A DNA stretch of 62,924 nucleotides, the filler included, from Octopus bimaculoides (lineage: Eukaryota), in assembly GCF_001194135.2 (NCBI RefSeq). It is 9 parts of 9 records of this genome, joined end to end, with 100 filler letters (N's around TTAATTAATTAA, not from the genome) between each part and the next. Parts side by side here need not be neighbours in the genome. Positions count along the whole stretch, not along the records: positions 6,806 to 16,510 come from NC_068996.1; positions 16,611 to 28,717 come from NC_068982.1; 7 more parts are not named here. One strand, written 5' to 3'. Shown here one piece after another: positions 13,501 through 26,819 of the stretch (positions within the stretch are counted from its first letter, which is position 1; each line of letters opens with the position of its first letter). Position numbers and translations under genes: made by a program. The notes under the pieces are model-generated. The model saw only the letters and a program-made list of their open reading frames with translations. It ran no database searches and was not told where the DNA came from.

Positions 13501-14268
13501 GTCTTTCTTTCTCTCAGCAAGTGAGAGACACAGGAATGATGATAAAGGCAAATGTATCATATGGGCTGTAGTGGAGGTGCTTTGTAGTTTACCTGATTAG
13601 AAGTGTAGATGAAACAAAAAGAAAACGTTTGTTAACTAGAGGTTGTAGTGTATTGAGGAGCAATTAATTAAATGGTCCCGACATTTTTGGGGGAGTAGGA
13701 ATAATCTGGAGAGTGTTGAAAACACCAGGTTGTAAGAATAGTTCAATTTGAACTAATCTTATTCGTGTGCCTAACAGAGGATCAGCAACTAACCAATATT
13801 GGAATATTTTTTAATATCCTCAAGAGGAAATATCTAGCTTTTGCAAGCAATGCAATTTTAGCAAGGTTAGACGTGTGGTAACACGACTTAGCATTTCCTG
13901 CAAAGTTGCTATGAGAAAAGCAGTTCTATTTCATTTGGCAAATATAGTCACACACACACACTCGCATTCCTAAATCACTCAAACCAAGTCAGAACATGTT
14001 CAAACTCGGCTAAAATCCCAGGGTATTATAAAGAAAATAAAAAAATAAAAAATTTCAATTGCCAACTCATCCATATTATTCATAGCGGTTATAAATGTTA
14101 CTATAAAACCTGTGTACCTCGAAACTAAAAATTCTGCTAAGTTTGACATCCCTTCCAAACGTTTGTTCCTTTTATGCTCATACTGGGTTTCTAAACAGAA
14201 ACGTCTGTAGAACCTTCAGGTTGAAATAAATTTTGTTGATTACGAATTTTAAAAGTTAAAATACTTAC

Positions 14269-14309
14269 AGATAATCCGATTCGTCTTGATCACTAGTACG
14301 ATGCAGCAT
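14269..14309 (-). CDS. ZCCHC7: ZCCHC7/Air1-like gene, first coding exon (MLHRTSDQDESDY + CT)
   Basis: Minus strand reads ttgttttgcttttcag|TGAAAATG...GATTATCT|gtaagt. Acceptor at 14314, ATG at 14309, canonical donor. The 41 coding nt end in phase 2, matching the next exon. Confidence 0.65.
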
Positions 14310-14559
14310 TTTCACTGAAAAGCAAAACAATTTCCCTTTATATGAAGTTGACTCAGATTTTCTCCAAACGAGTTCAAATGAAATCATTTCTATAATTCTA
14401 ATGAATTGGTCGTTAGTTAACTAATGAGTACATTGTAAAAAGCGTGAAGACAGTGGTAAAGTTACCTTAAACATAAAATATAATCCTTATTTATTAATCT
14501 AGATTAACAGAATAACTATTTACGGTATATTTTTTGGGGGGGTGGGGTAGCAAAAAAAA

Positions 14560-14780
14560 AATGTGATAATCATAACATTAGCCAGGGCACAAGGAAAAAT
14601 ATGTAACACGATTTAGAATAACTGCAAGTAGCTGATGAGAATAATCCAATAATTAGTATGACAGAGTCGGAAGTTTAAACTATTCCGTAACGGTGACGGA
14701 CATATAATTCATAGAGATATTAATTTAATTTACTATAACCATAAGAGAATTCCGGGAAACCGGAGGATAAAAGTTAGCCT
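14560..14780. promoter_or_regulatory. Possible promoter region of the ZCCHC7-like gene
   Basis: Locally CpG-enriched patch just upstream of the first coding exon, with an ETS-type CGGAAGT at about 14666. TSS not determined. Confidence 0.3.
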
Positions 14781-15972
14781 CTCAAATATGGTGACCATTG
14801 TATCTATTTGACAGTAAAATTAACTGGCGTTGGTAGCAATATACAATTTCTTTCTTGATTAAAAAAGTAATCTATTTGGATTAAAATATATCAGTTTTCT
14901 TTAATAAAAGTATCGAGGGGAAGCAAAAATGAGTGGACAGAAGGCGCATACGAAAGGCTAACAAAGATGCATCAATTCATATAAATACTAGAGTATATAT
15001 AACAATACCTAACGTTATCCTATTTAAATATATACATAAATGATATTACAATGTAAACGGGAGTTTCTTATCAAAACAGGGAAGATAAAAGAAATGTTAA
15101 AACGGCTAAATGTGCACAAAAATCTGAAAGTTTTAAAGTAACCACTGAAAGAAGAAACTTGGGGTGGGTAAATATGAAAACATAAACAAGCGGTTAACTG
15201 TGCAACAACAAATAATAAACAACGGGCTTTCTAAATTCATTCAACATTATAAAGTAAGTTAATAATTTACGAGAAAAAAAGAGAAAGAGAGACACGAAGA
15301 AGATATTTGATAAATGGATATCAAGAAATTACTGGTTAAAAAGACAGCTGAATGTGTACAAATAGTGTAATGTGGTATAATTAAGATTATATATATTTTT
15401 TCTTTCTCTTTGTTTAGTGATAGGAAGAATCTAACAACATAAATTAACTTACAAAAGGTAGAATATACGAAAGAGCACGTGAAATATTAGCAAAAGGTAT
15501 CATCCTCCCCCCCCTAATAAATGAAAAAAAAAATCCACAAACTTAGAGTGATTTTTAAGTGAAATATTAAAGAATAAAAGTTGTGAAATCTAAATAAGTC
15601 AGCGTGGTTTACCGTGTAACTCTTTATTGGTCAGAGGTAGATAGAGTCATACGACGTTGGCAGCATGGACTTCCCCAGCACGGTGCGTGTTTTTTTTTTT
15701 TTTTTATATAATGCTTTCATCATCCGTTTTTATGCTACTTTGTTGTACTGCTGATCAATTGCTTTTTCTTTTAATTTCTTTTCTTTTTGCTTTTTCTTTT
15801 AATTTCTTTTCTTTTTGCTTTTTCATATGGTTCGATACATACATACGTTTCTTTAAAATTGAAAACCTAACTCCCCCCCCCCCGAGTTTAAAATAATAAT
15901 AATATTATTATTATTCTATGATAGGCTTAAAGGGAGTGAAATTTGTAGAGGAGAGGTTAGTAAATACATTGA

Positions 15973-16420
15973 CGCTAGTAACTTAACTGGTATTTATTTT
16001 GACGACCCCGAAAGGATGAAAGGTAAAGTCGACCTCGGCGACATTTGAACTCTGAATGTAAAGCGGAATGATGATAATAATAATAATTATGATGATTTCA
16101 AATTTTGGTACAAGGCCAGCAATTTCGGGGAAGCGGGTAAGATCGACTTCAGTGTTCAGCTGGTACTCTATTTCTCGACCCCGAAAGAATGAAAGGCAAA
16201 GTCAACCTCAGCGGTATTTGAACCCAGAACGTAAAGACGGACGAATAATAATAATGATTTCTATTATAGGCACAAGGCCTGAAATTTGATGGGAGGGGAC
16301 TAGTCGATCACATACCTCCCCCCTCAGTGTTTCACTGGTACTTAATTTATCGACCCCGAAAGGATGAAAGGCAAAGTCGACCTCGGCGGAATTTGAACTC
16401 AGAACGTAGCGGCTGGCGAA
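15973..16420 (-). mobile_element. Three tandem SINE family B copies
   Basis: Three successive gaccccgaaag.atgaaagg.aaagtc.acctc.gcg..atttgaac cores (about 15973-16067, 16094-16245, 16256-16420), separated by AAT-like runs. Confidence 0.85.
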
Positions 16421-17024
16421 ATAATAATCCGAATCAAGTACAAGCCACATCTACCAAATGAAACATGAAATTTTTGAAATAATTGTATCTGTGTGCTCTT
16501 GCACACCAATNNNNNNNNNNNNNNNNNNNNNNNNNNNNNNNNNNNNNNNNNNNNTTAATTAATTAANNNNNNNNNNNNNNNNNNNNNNNNNNNNNNNNNN
16601 NNNNNNNNNNATATATATATATATATAAACAAGTACAGGACATCACCAACGAGTGAAAAATACGTAAAGACATAATGAGAGACAAGTATGAGACAATTAC
16701 CAAAAGAAGTCTAACCCCGCCTCAGTTGTCGACTGTTAATCACTCTCTATTTCGAGCTTTCAACGACAAGATAGGAAAACATAAAACAGCAGCAACCAGA
16801 AATTTTAAAAATATAAAATTTGTGGAGAGTTAGAGCTTTGAACGAACGAACAACGACAGAGTGGACGTACAGAATAAACAATCGACGAAGACAAGCATTA
16901 AGAGCCCTTAGGCCAAGATGTATTGTAATAGGTTACGTCTGGGAGAAATTTTGAAAGGATATGGAATAAACAGAAGAGAAGAAAATAGAAGAGAAAAAAG
17001 AAAAACTAGGAGAAAAGGAGAAAA

Positions 17025-17086
<62 letters not shown>

Positions 17087-18618
17087 GCACACACACACAG
17101 AAAGAGAGATAAAGAGAAAGAGAGAGAGAAATTTCAGAATCTTCAACGGGAGATTTTCGTAGTTGTTGAAATTAAAGACAAAATCGATAATAGTTCTACC
17201 TTCCTGTTTGATATAGGTGTGGTTTTATTATATGATATTTTTTCTGTTAAGCAAAAATGATAACATTTGGGATTATTGTTACATGGGGTGGTTCTGTTAA
17301 AGGGGAGCCGAACAATATCAGCACACTCAACCTTTTCCTTATTCTGTCAAACGTACTTCGAGAGTCATGCAGTGGTCGTGATGATAGCAGAGAGACCTTA
17401 TACTGGCAAAGTCGACCTTTAAATGAATTTTCTAAGCCGATGTATGACGCATCATTGTCGATTTGTTTCAGTTGTAGTACCCTGATACACGATGAAGTTA
17501 TTCATCTTATATACATAGTCTTCCAACTATGTAAACCAAGACAATGCATGCATATATACGAGTGTGTATGAATTTTTATTTGTAATAGAAAATGAGTGAA
17601 TATATAATATAGCTTCCTATCGAGATACAGAGAGAGAGAGAAGCGGGGAGAGAGAGGGAGGTTATGCGTTCTTTATATACAGATATTTCACAAGATATTA
17701 ACGTTACTGGGATAAGATTTATACGATCTTTTTTTTTTTGTGAAAGATGAAGTGAAAATTCAATTTCAAGAATGTAAAAAAAAAAGGTAGGCAGTAATGA
17801 AAAAGAAAAGAATAAAAGAAAGGAATAATATAAAAGAATCAAAGAACGAACGAATGAATGACAGAAGGGGAAAAAACAGAAGCATAGAAAAATGATAAAA
17901 GTGAAAACAAAAACAAAGAAAAAGAGAAAGGAAATAGAAGCGAGACAAGAATACAAAAAGAGAAGTCTTAGAAATAAATTGAATTGTCAAGGCTTTCATT
18001 AAGATATAGAAGTTTACCTAAACATATGGTTGCTTGTCATTCAACTTTTCGATTACTGTTTTAGAATTGGTGGAGATGGTAGTGATGGTGGTGGTGGTGG
18101 TGGCTGTCGTAGTAGCTTTTGCGTTTGTGGCTTTGGTGTTTTGGTTTGGTGCTGCAAGGAGTAGTAAAGGTACCCTAATAATACTTGTTCTGGTATTTTA
18201 GTACTATGACGAGGATTGTTTCAGATGTTCGTACCTTTAGTATCAGCAAAAGGATATCTATCCATTCTTGCATGTTCTGTAATATTCCATTGTTTCACAA
18301 TATTTTCTTCACAAGAGATTCGCCGAAACTGTCTGACATGACGCAAAGGTACGCTAGAAGAAAAAAATGTTTGAGAACCATTGTATTAAATCGTTCTCAA
18401 CATAGGAATTGGGGGAAATTTAAAACAAGAAAGCAGTGATTTATACTTAAACGGGGAAAATATTCAGTAAATTAATGTCATACATTAGGTATGCAAATAT
18501 ATTAATTAATAGCCTTCACTTTAAATTTATCTCCAACATACTCTTCATAATCTACTTCCAGTGCTCATGAATAATCCTATAACATTCGCATATCTAATAA
18601 CTGAACACACACACGCAT

Positions 18619-18665
<47 letters not shown>

Positions 18666-19289
18666 NNNNNNNNNNNNNNNNNNNNNNNNNNNNNNNNNNN
18701 NNNNNNNNNNNNNNNNNNNNNNNNNNNNNNNNNTATATATATACATGCATGTGCAATATAGGAGACAGCTGCGCTCAAATGGTTTGAACTTTTACTCCGA
18801 TATCTTTATCAAGGACTAAGTCCGCGAGGTCAAGAGTGGCTATAAGAAAAATCCAGGCGAGCAGATATAGAGATAATGATACAAATAAACAAATAAACCG
18901 CTTGGGTTAGCTCGGACCTGTAATATACATTCTTCCCTTAATTTCTCGTGTCTTTGTACTCTGTATAAGTCTGCTCTGTTAATATATAAATATCTACATA
19001 TTTATACATGAACGCTCATTGTCTGAATATTTTCAGCCTTTGTTTTCTCTCTGTTTACATGTATATATCTATGTATATTTTGTATATTAAACCCAAGCGG
19101 TTTTATTTGTTGATACGTATCATTATCTCTATAAATGTGTTTGTGTGCGTATTGTGCGCATGTGTGTGCGTGTCATAATAGAACACAAACATGTATGTTT
19201 CATTACTGTTTATACATGTGTGTAGATATGTATGTATATGTGTATGTGTGTAGATATGTATGTATATGTGTATGTCACCCATTAGTGCG

Positions 19290-20345
19290 CTCTCACTTTA
19301 GAGAAGTTCAGCGAAGGCAATGTCTTTGCCTTCGGCATCAGCAGAGCCTTCCACCATGCCTGTTAAGTAAATTTTCAGTCAAAGCTTTCTGCCTACGGAC
19401 TTCACCTATCCCTCATCGCTGGGATCGATTACTTTTTATAAGAGTTAACTATTGCAGCAGGTGTTGTCGGAGCTTTTTTCTGTCCCAGCTCAATCAACTC
19501 TGGAATTTCCCTGTGTTTGGTTATATCTTCTGCTTTCTTTCATCTATACATCAATGGCCTATTTGCCGCCGCATCCAACAATGACCATTCTTACGTAGAT
19601 GGCACGACCTTTCAGTGTTCCCTAACGTCCCCAACCATGCATTAGCCACACGCAAGCGATACACCTCACACTAAGCCTGCATTGATTCCATAGACGAATA
19701 CCTCGAGAGTTTTCTCCAGGCCAACCTTGTCTCTTTTAACGGTGAAAAAAAATAAAAGCTCACAAGTACTACTCATATAAGGAAAATTACCGTAGCAACC
19801 ACCCTCTTTAAACATTGCTGGTACTCAACCAGAACCCTCACTTTTAGTCCAACTGTTAGACCTCACTATCGCCGAAGGTCTCTCTTGATGAAAGCAGCAC
19901 ATGCGTAACAGAACAACTCCGTGACTAACTCTTCTCTTCAAAGACAGAAGATAGTTTAGACTCCAACTCTACAAGGCTCAAGTGAAGTCCACCATCAAGT
20001 ACTATTCTAATATTTGGAACAACGTTATTGCGAAGCAGTCCAATTTCTGGTCCACAGCCATGCTTTCTTTTCTCTTTGTCTTTTCTCTCCCTGCTATAAT
20101 GACCTCTGTTCCTTATAACTGCTAGTCTCATTTCTCCATCACTCAGGCACCCCAGACCGACTCATCCATTTACTTCTCGTCACCCTTGTTGCATTCGAAC
20201 TCTATCCCACACCTATAATTATCCCAGTCCTTTCTACGCAAACTCTCCCGCTGGAATCTCTTCCCTGCTCATTTCATTCCTGCGAGTTTACCTGCGGCAG
20301 TTTAAAATGTTTAAACGGAACATTAACACCATCCACCTCGCTGAT
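19290..20345 (+). mobile_element. Old CR1/L2-group LINE, RT and C-terminal remnant
   Basis: Degenerate AFGISRAF..SKLSAYG...INSG...LYINGL...HSYVD (from DISKAF/PQGS/YADD motifs), then NLVSFN and YKAQV.P-type C-terminal motifs. Confidence 0.7.
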
Positions 20346-20429
20346 CCCAGAAGGCGTGCAAAAATCATGGACGCTATCCCTTCTCCCAGATTCAACAAAT
20401 AAAAAACACAAACACTCGCATTTACACAT

Positions 20430-20474
20430 ACACAGACACACACATACACACAGACACATACACACACACTCACA

Positions 20475-20569
<95 letters not shown>

Positions 20570-20825
20570 ACACATACACACACATACACACACTCACGCA
20601 CCAGCGCACGCGCACGCAGACATGTATACACACGAAAAAAAGCAAGATAAAAGATAGAAAGTGATGGGTGAAGAGGAGGAGCAGGAGTTGGAGGGAGAAA
20701 AAGAAAAAGGTAAAGAAGAAAAGAAATATGGAACGAGAGAGTGATATGGTCTTTTATGTGTGAGTGTATATATATATAGAGAGAGAGAGAGAGGGAGAGA
20801 GGGAGAGAGGGAGAGAGAGAGAGAG

Positions 20826-20879
<54 letters not shown>

Positions 20880-20945
20880 GTAGATAGATAGATAGATTGA
20901 TAGATAGATAGATAGCTATGTACATATATATACATATATGCATAC
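20430..20945. repeat. Compound (CA)n, (AG)n and (AGAT)n microsatellites; comparable tracts at 104-167 (TACA), 4905-4988 (TAGG), 17027-17086 (AGAT), 49304-49447 (CTAT)
   Basis: Direct reading of the sequence. Confidence 0.95.
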
Positions 20946-21357
20946 ATACACATAGATATGCATATACGTACGTATACACATGGTATATTCAGTATATATA
21001 TAGAAGTGTATTTTAGTTTGTGATCTTATATAAATGTTTGTCGTTATATATGCTGTTTCCACACAAATCCAAAGTGTAACGTTTTCTTTTCTTGACATAT
21101 GTCCTTTTCCGTTCACCTGATACCTGTCACAGACTACGCTGGGTCAACACGACCCAGTCAAAACTAATCAAGATCTCATAGATTTCATATTCTTGTCGCT
21201 ATAAATAATAAAATGCCTGATATACCTTGAAATTTTTGGCAAATGTCAGAAGCTTTGGAAGCACGTACGCACACACCCGCGCACGCGCACATGCACACAC
21301 ACACACACACACACAAACTCGTGACCATGTATACTGTATATTGATATATCTTTCACT

Positions 21358-21410
<53 letters not shown>

Positions 21411-21917
21411 TGTGTGTGTGCGTGTGTGTGTGTGTGCGTGTGTACACTCCGCTTAATCCATTCTGTCCTTCAGAATGGACTAAACAGGGTAGGAGGACAC
21501 ACGTGGACGGAAAGGTTCTGTGACGCAGAAGGGGTCACAGATGTGTGACGAAAGATTTCCGGACACAAGATAAAATAATTACAGTAATAAACGAATGAAG
21601 AACGAATATATAGTGCGTGTGTTTATTTGGCAACAAATAAAAAAAAAAATGACCGTCCCGAAATATAACAATATCTGTTTCAACGCACGGTTTCACATCA
21701 GGATTCTTGCAACACAAATTCAGAAACATATACATATATATATACACACAGACAGTGCGGAGAAGTCAAAACTTATCCGCACTTTCGCCATAACATATCT
21801 TTACTATCGTCACACTGCCTTCTGCGCATGTGTGCTTATAGTTGGTACTATTGTGGTCACGCAATCGAAGTTTGAGCCTGATCGCGCCATTTTTCTTTCT
21901 GGCTTTACAGTGTAAGC

Positions 21918-22849
21918 ATGGCTGCCCTACTAGCAATGTGCACCAAAGAAAAACAAAGAGCAGTGATCCGATTTCTCTGGTCGGAAGGTGTGTCCGGTGA
22001 TGAAATTCATCGAAGGCTTTTTTTTAATATACAATACAGGGTCAGAGCACTACCGCGTAGAAGTGTGTATGAGTGGATCGAGAAGTTTAAATGTGGCCGG
22101 GCAAGCGTGACACTCGAAGAGGGAGCAGGATGCCCGTCAACCACCACCACTGACGAAAAGATTCAGCAAGCTCGAGAGATTGTAAGGGTGAACCAGCGAG
22201 TTATCATCGATGAGGTAGCTCGCTCTCTGCAGATTAGTCATGGTTCTGCTTATCAAATCATCCACAATGAGCTCGGCTTCCATGAAGTCGGTGCCAAGAG
22301 AGCTTACTGCAGAGCGTAAATGCAAGCGTCTTGAGGTCTACCGACATTTACTCGATCGCTGCAACAATGAGGGCGAATATTTTTTGAGCAGAAGATGAGA
22401 CGTGGGTCTATCATTATGAGGTAGGATCCAAGAGAAAGAGTATGGAGTGGAAACATCCTGGCTCGCCAGCGACAAAAAATTTTCAAGATTCAGTCTTCTG
22501 CGGAAAGACGATGCTAACCCTTTTTCAGGACTCAAAAGGGCCTACACTAGAAGACTACCTGGAAAAGGGGTGTACGATTAACAGTGCAATATACAGTGGT
22601 TTACTGGCCAACAAACTGAACTCAGTAATTCGCACCACACGCCGAAGCCTATTTTTGAAGAAAGTTTTGTTGTTGCATGACAATGCACGCCTACACAAAG
22701 TCGCCCAGACTGTTGAAGCCATTAACCAATTGGGTTTTGAGGTACTAGAACACCCTGCCTACTGCCCAGATCTCGCCCCTCCTGACTGTCATATCTTTGG
22801 ACTGCTCAAAGATGGTTTACGAGGAAGTCGATTTCATACGGATGAAGCT
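21918..22849 (+). mobile_element. Mariner (D,D34D) transposase pseudogene, 3'-truncated
   Basis: QRAVIRFLWSEG HTH region; ETWVYHYE-type motif; HDNARLH; HPAYCPDLAP.DCHIFG. Frameshifted, and no right TIR. Confidence 0.9.
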
Positions 22850-24230
22850 ATTGCAGTACATAGTCCCACTCCAGACGGGACAGCTGGGACCTCTGGAACA
22901 GTGCGGTAACGTCCAGTTCGGGATCTGTTATAGCTCTCGATTTCAAAGTTTGGTACCAGCCCCTCCAGGATCCTCCATACATATATCACTGCATACCTCT
23001 CCCGTCGTCGCTCCAGGGAGTAGAGTCGTAGCTCTTTTAGTCTCTCCCAGTAGTTCAGTTGTTCCATTGATGCAGTCTTCCTTGTGTAACATCGCTGAAC
23101 TGCCTCAAGTTATGCTGTTAATCTGACACTGCAGGGTGACCACAGTTGAGAGCAGCCGTCCAGATGGCTGAGGACAAATGTCCACCATAGAACCAGCACA
23201 ATCTTCTAGTCCCCTGTTCTGAAGGCTTCCAGAATCCATCCGGCCACCCACCTGCACACCGCCACCATCCTGGCGATATGCATGTGAAAGGAGGTATCGT
23301 TGCTCACATCAATCCCGAGATCACGTACTGTATGTGATTCCGGGATGGCCGCTCCTTTTGGTCCAAAGTATCCTTGCTGTAGCTTCTGAATACCAATTAG
23401 CTGGTAGCGGAGGACATGGAATTTGCCTGCATTAAATTATATGTTGTTTTCCTCAGACCATGTACATATGGCATCTATGTCTTCCCGTAGAAGATTAGCA
23501 TCAGAAGGTTCCTTGACTGCTTGTACTACTTTTGTATCCTCTGCATAGCTAGCAAGTGAAGCTGTCTGTGTAACTGATGGCATGTCTGAAAGAGCCACCA
23601 TGAACAGCAGCGGCCCCAATGCAGCTCCCCAAGGCACTCCATTCTCTATCACTGTCTCCTTGGAGAGGGCTCCATTAGCTGCCACAGCCTGACTTCAGTC
23701 TTTTAAGAAGTCATGTAACCACTCTCCAAGTTTCCTGGTTATGCTGTGTCTCCGTAGCTTGTGACGTATTATCCCATGATCAACTCCACCAAAGGTCTTT
23801 GCAAAGTTGAGATACATCACATCTACGTTTGGGCGATTCATTAATTGTTTCAACACCCAGTCATATTGCTGCAGTAGCTGTGTAAAGCAGCTTCCTCTCG
23901 AGCGGAAGCCATGCTGGGTACCAGGAAGCAAGTCATTATTTTCAAGGAACGCAATGAGCCTCTTCCTGACAATACGTTCCATGACTTTGCTAACATAGGA
24001 GGCTAGAGAGACAAGTTTATAATTTTTAGTATCTGCTCTGCTACCTCCCTTATTGATAGGATATATTATGCCTTCTTTTAACTTTTGGGAAGTCTCCCAG
24101 TTGCGAGGAAGCTCCGGAAGACACTCTGAAGTGGCCTTGCCAAAGCCCCTCTGCTTTTCTGTGGGAGGATTTCTGGGAATTCATCAGGGCCTGAGACTGA
24201 TTTTGAGCTCATTTCATCAATGATCCATAT
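22844..24230 (-). mobile_element. CR1/L2-group LINE RT fragment
   Basis: QHGFRS..SC.TQLL, DVMYLNFAKTF..VDH, GVPWGAALGPLLF, YAEDTK (RT motifs), then WERLKELRLYSLERRRERY. Confidence 0.9.
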
Positions 24231-25057
24231 TACATCTATTTCTTCTATATTGATGCTATCAACAGTTGTGTGGATCTGTGGTTTGAATAGTTCGCTTGTA
24301 AATACAGCAAATTTTCCCTAATCATCAGCAAACCTCACATTTTCCCATATCTTTTCTCTGTCCATTCGTTGATGTTGCTCAACTAACCGTTGGTGATTGC
24401 CTCATATCTCTTTCACCGGGACTTTTTCTGTTACATGGAAAATGTAGGATGACAATGTTATCATTGTACAAAAATAAATTCTTTATTCTAACAACAAAAA
24501 ATTAAATAAATAAAATAAAACAAAAGGTAATCGGATTTGCTCTGATCTTAAACATTTATTTGAGCCGTAAATTCTCAATAGATAACTTAAAACTACATGC
24601 CTTGTTGTTTATGACAGAAAAGAACCCAACATTACTTTCAGCAAAGCGAATTTATTGGTGGTGGTACATATACTACAGCATTCATAACCACGATATGGTA
24701 ATTTCTAATATGAAGTCTTCTGGAAAAAGCGACATTAAAACGATAAACCGAAAATCCAAAATTGTATATTTGATATAATCTGAATTTTTCATTTCTCAAA
24801 ATATGCTTCGGATGTATTATAATAGATTAAAAATTTCTGGGTATCTCCAGCCTCAAGTTTATCAGAATCTGCAGCAGCCGTTTATTGATCTTAGAATAAA
24901 TGCACATATGAAGTATATCATATTTACTCAGAGAACTGTAATTATGTAAAATCATGTAAAATGTAGACACCCCTATTCTTTTTATTATTGATATCACAAT
25001 ACTATATTCTTTATGGAGATAGCTCAATAATATCAGTTCAAAATTTATAAATATTTC

Positions 25058-25210
25058 ATGAGTTCAAATTCCGCCGCGGTCGACTTTGCCTTTCATCATT
25101 TCGGGGTCGATGAATTAAATACCAGTGAAGTAATGGGATCGATGTGATCGACTCACCCCTCCCCCAAAATTTCAGGCCTTGTGCCTACAGTTGAAAGGAT
25201 TATTATTATC
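25058..25210 (+). mobile_element. SINE family B
   Basis: gttcaaattccgccgcggtcgactttgcctttcatc.tttcggggtcgat...aaatttcaggccttgtgcct...gaaaggattattatt. Confidence 0.8.
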
Positions 25211-25514
25211 ATTACTACTACTGAGACAGGTGGGGCCCAGTTAGAATTTTCTTAAGGTCGAGTAGCCATCCCGCTCAAAAGGTCCACTAATAAGGGTTGT
25301 TTAAGGATGTTGAACGAAACATCCATGTTTTCGGAGGTGAATTATCCGAAACCCAAAGAATTCCTCTAGACACATTACTATGATGCTCCTCCACTACTAC
25401 TTATCGTAATCAGAGATGCACATATCGTCAGCCACAATGGGACATGCTCAACTGGTTATGGTCAAACAAGTGACAAGCAAATCTATGGTATTGAGCAGAA
25501 TATTTGCTGTAGCC

Positions 25515-25585
<71 letters not shown>

Positions 25586-25586
<1 letters not shown>

Positions 25587-26790
25587 GCAGTCTTATTTTT
25601 ATCACATGCACTACCGAGCGTAGCTCTGTCTGCCTTGGGTATGTACTGTGGTTTGTTGTGATGCTCTTATTTTTACTGTATTGAAAGTGTTTTACGTAGG
25701 ATGAGTGCGGTACATAGTAGTGCCATTTTCAGTATGTTATATCTACTTGTTAGTCCTGGTGTTTTTGTTATGTATTTGACTGAATATTTTTTTTATCATA
25801 CCTAATGCGCCTACTATGATAGAAATTGTTTCTGTTTTTAGACTCCACATTCGAGTTACCTCTATTTCCAGATCTTTGTATTTTGAAAGTTTCTCCATTT
25901 CTTTTACAGAAACATTGTCATCTGTTGATATTGATACATCAATTAGAAAGCACATTTTTCTTGATGATCTCTGACAACTATATCCGGCTTATTGGCCTTA
26001 ATTTCTCTATCTGTGTGTATTGGCATATTCCAGAGAATGGTTGCTTTCTCACTTTCTGTGACCTTTTCTGGCGTGTGCCTATACCATCCTTTGTTTTTTG
26101 TTGTTATTCCATAGTGTTGGCATAGCTTCCAGTGTATATAAGTCCCAACTCTGTCGTGTCTGTGAATATATTCTTTCCTAGCCAGGACTGGGCAGCCAGA
26201 GACAATATGATTTATTGTTTCTTCTCCATCTCCACATATTCTCAGTTACTTGTATTTCTTTTCATTGCATGTTTTTGGTAAATTCTGGTGGCAAGGCTTT
26301 GATCTTCTGCTGCAATTAAAATTCCTTCAGTCTGTGCTTTGACTCCTGAGTTTCTTTAGCCATTGTTGGGATTTTGCTTTGTCTATTTCTTTTCTGTTTA
26401 TTTTAACTCAATATTTGCCGCGAAAGAGCTTTTCTTGCGATCGTTTTATCATGATCCGTTGCAGTTAGTTTTAATTTGGATTTCAGTTGTTTTACAGCTT
26501 TTGTTGTTTATTCTTTTTCTTCATAGTTGTTAGGTACTATGACTTCTTTTTTGTATTCGTCAGCTTCCTTAAAGACTGAAATGAGTTTTTTGTTTTGTTC
26601 GTGGTTTGTGGCTATTTGTATAAGTTTTCCTTGCTTCTGAAGAAGGCATTTTTGTCGTCCTATGCTTATTTTGTTATAATTTTTCTAGCTGTATAAGGCC
26701 TCTACCACGTTCGATACATTGTATGTCAGATTTTGGGTGGTGCATCTTTTCTATGTCAGATTTTGGGTGGTGCATCCTAAATCCTGTCAT
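25586..26790 (-). mobile_element. R4/Dong-like LINE 3' portion (copy 1), ending in (AAT)n
   Basis: MHHPKSD..RGRGLIQL near 26700; FLIDVSI..D.NVSVKE.EKLSKYKDLEIEV.RMW...IVGALG. Tail array at 25517-25585. Confidence 0.85.
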
Positions 26791-26819
26791 TATTTTTCTT
26801 GTTACTATTATTATCATTT

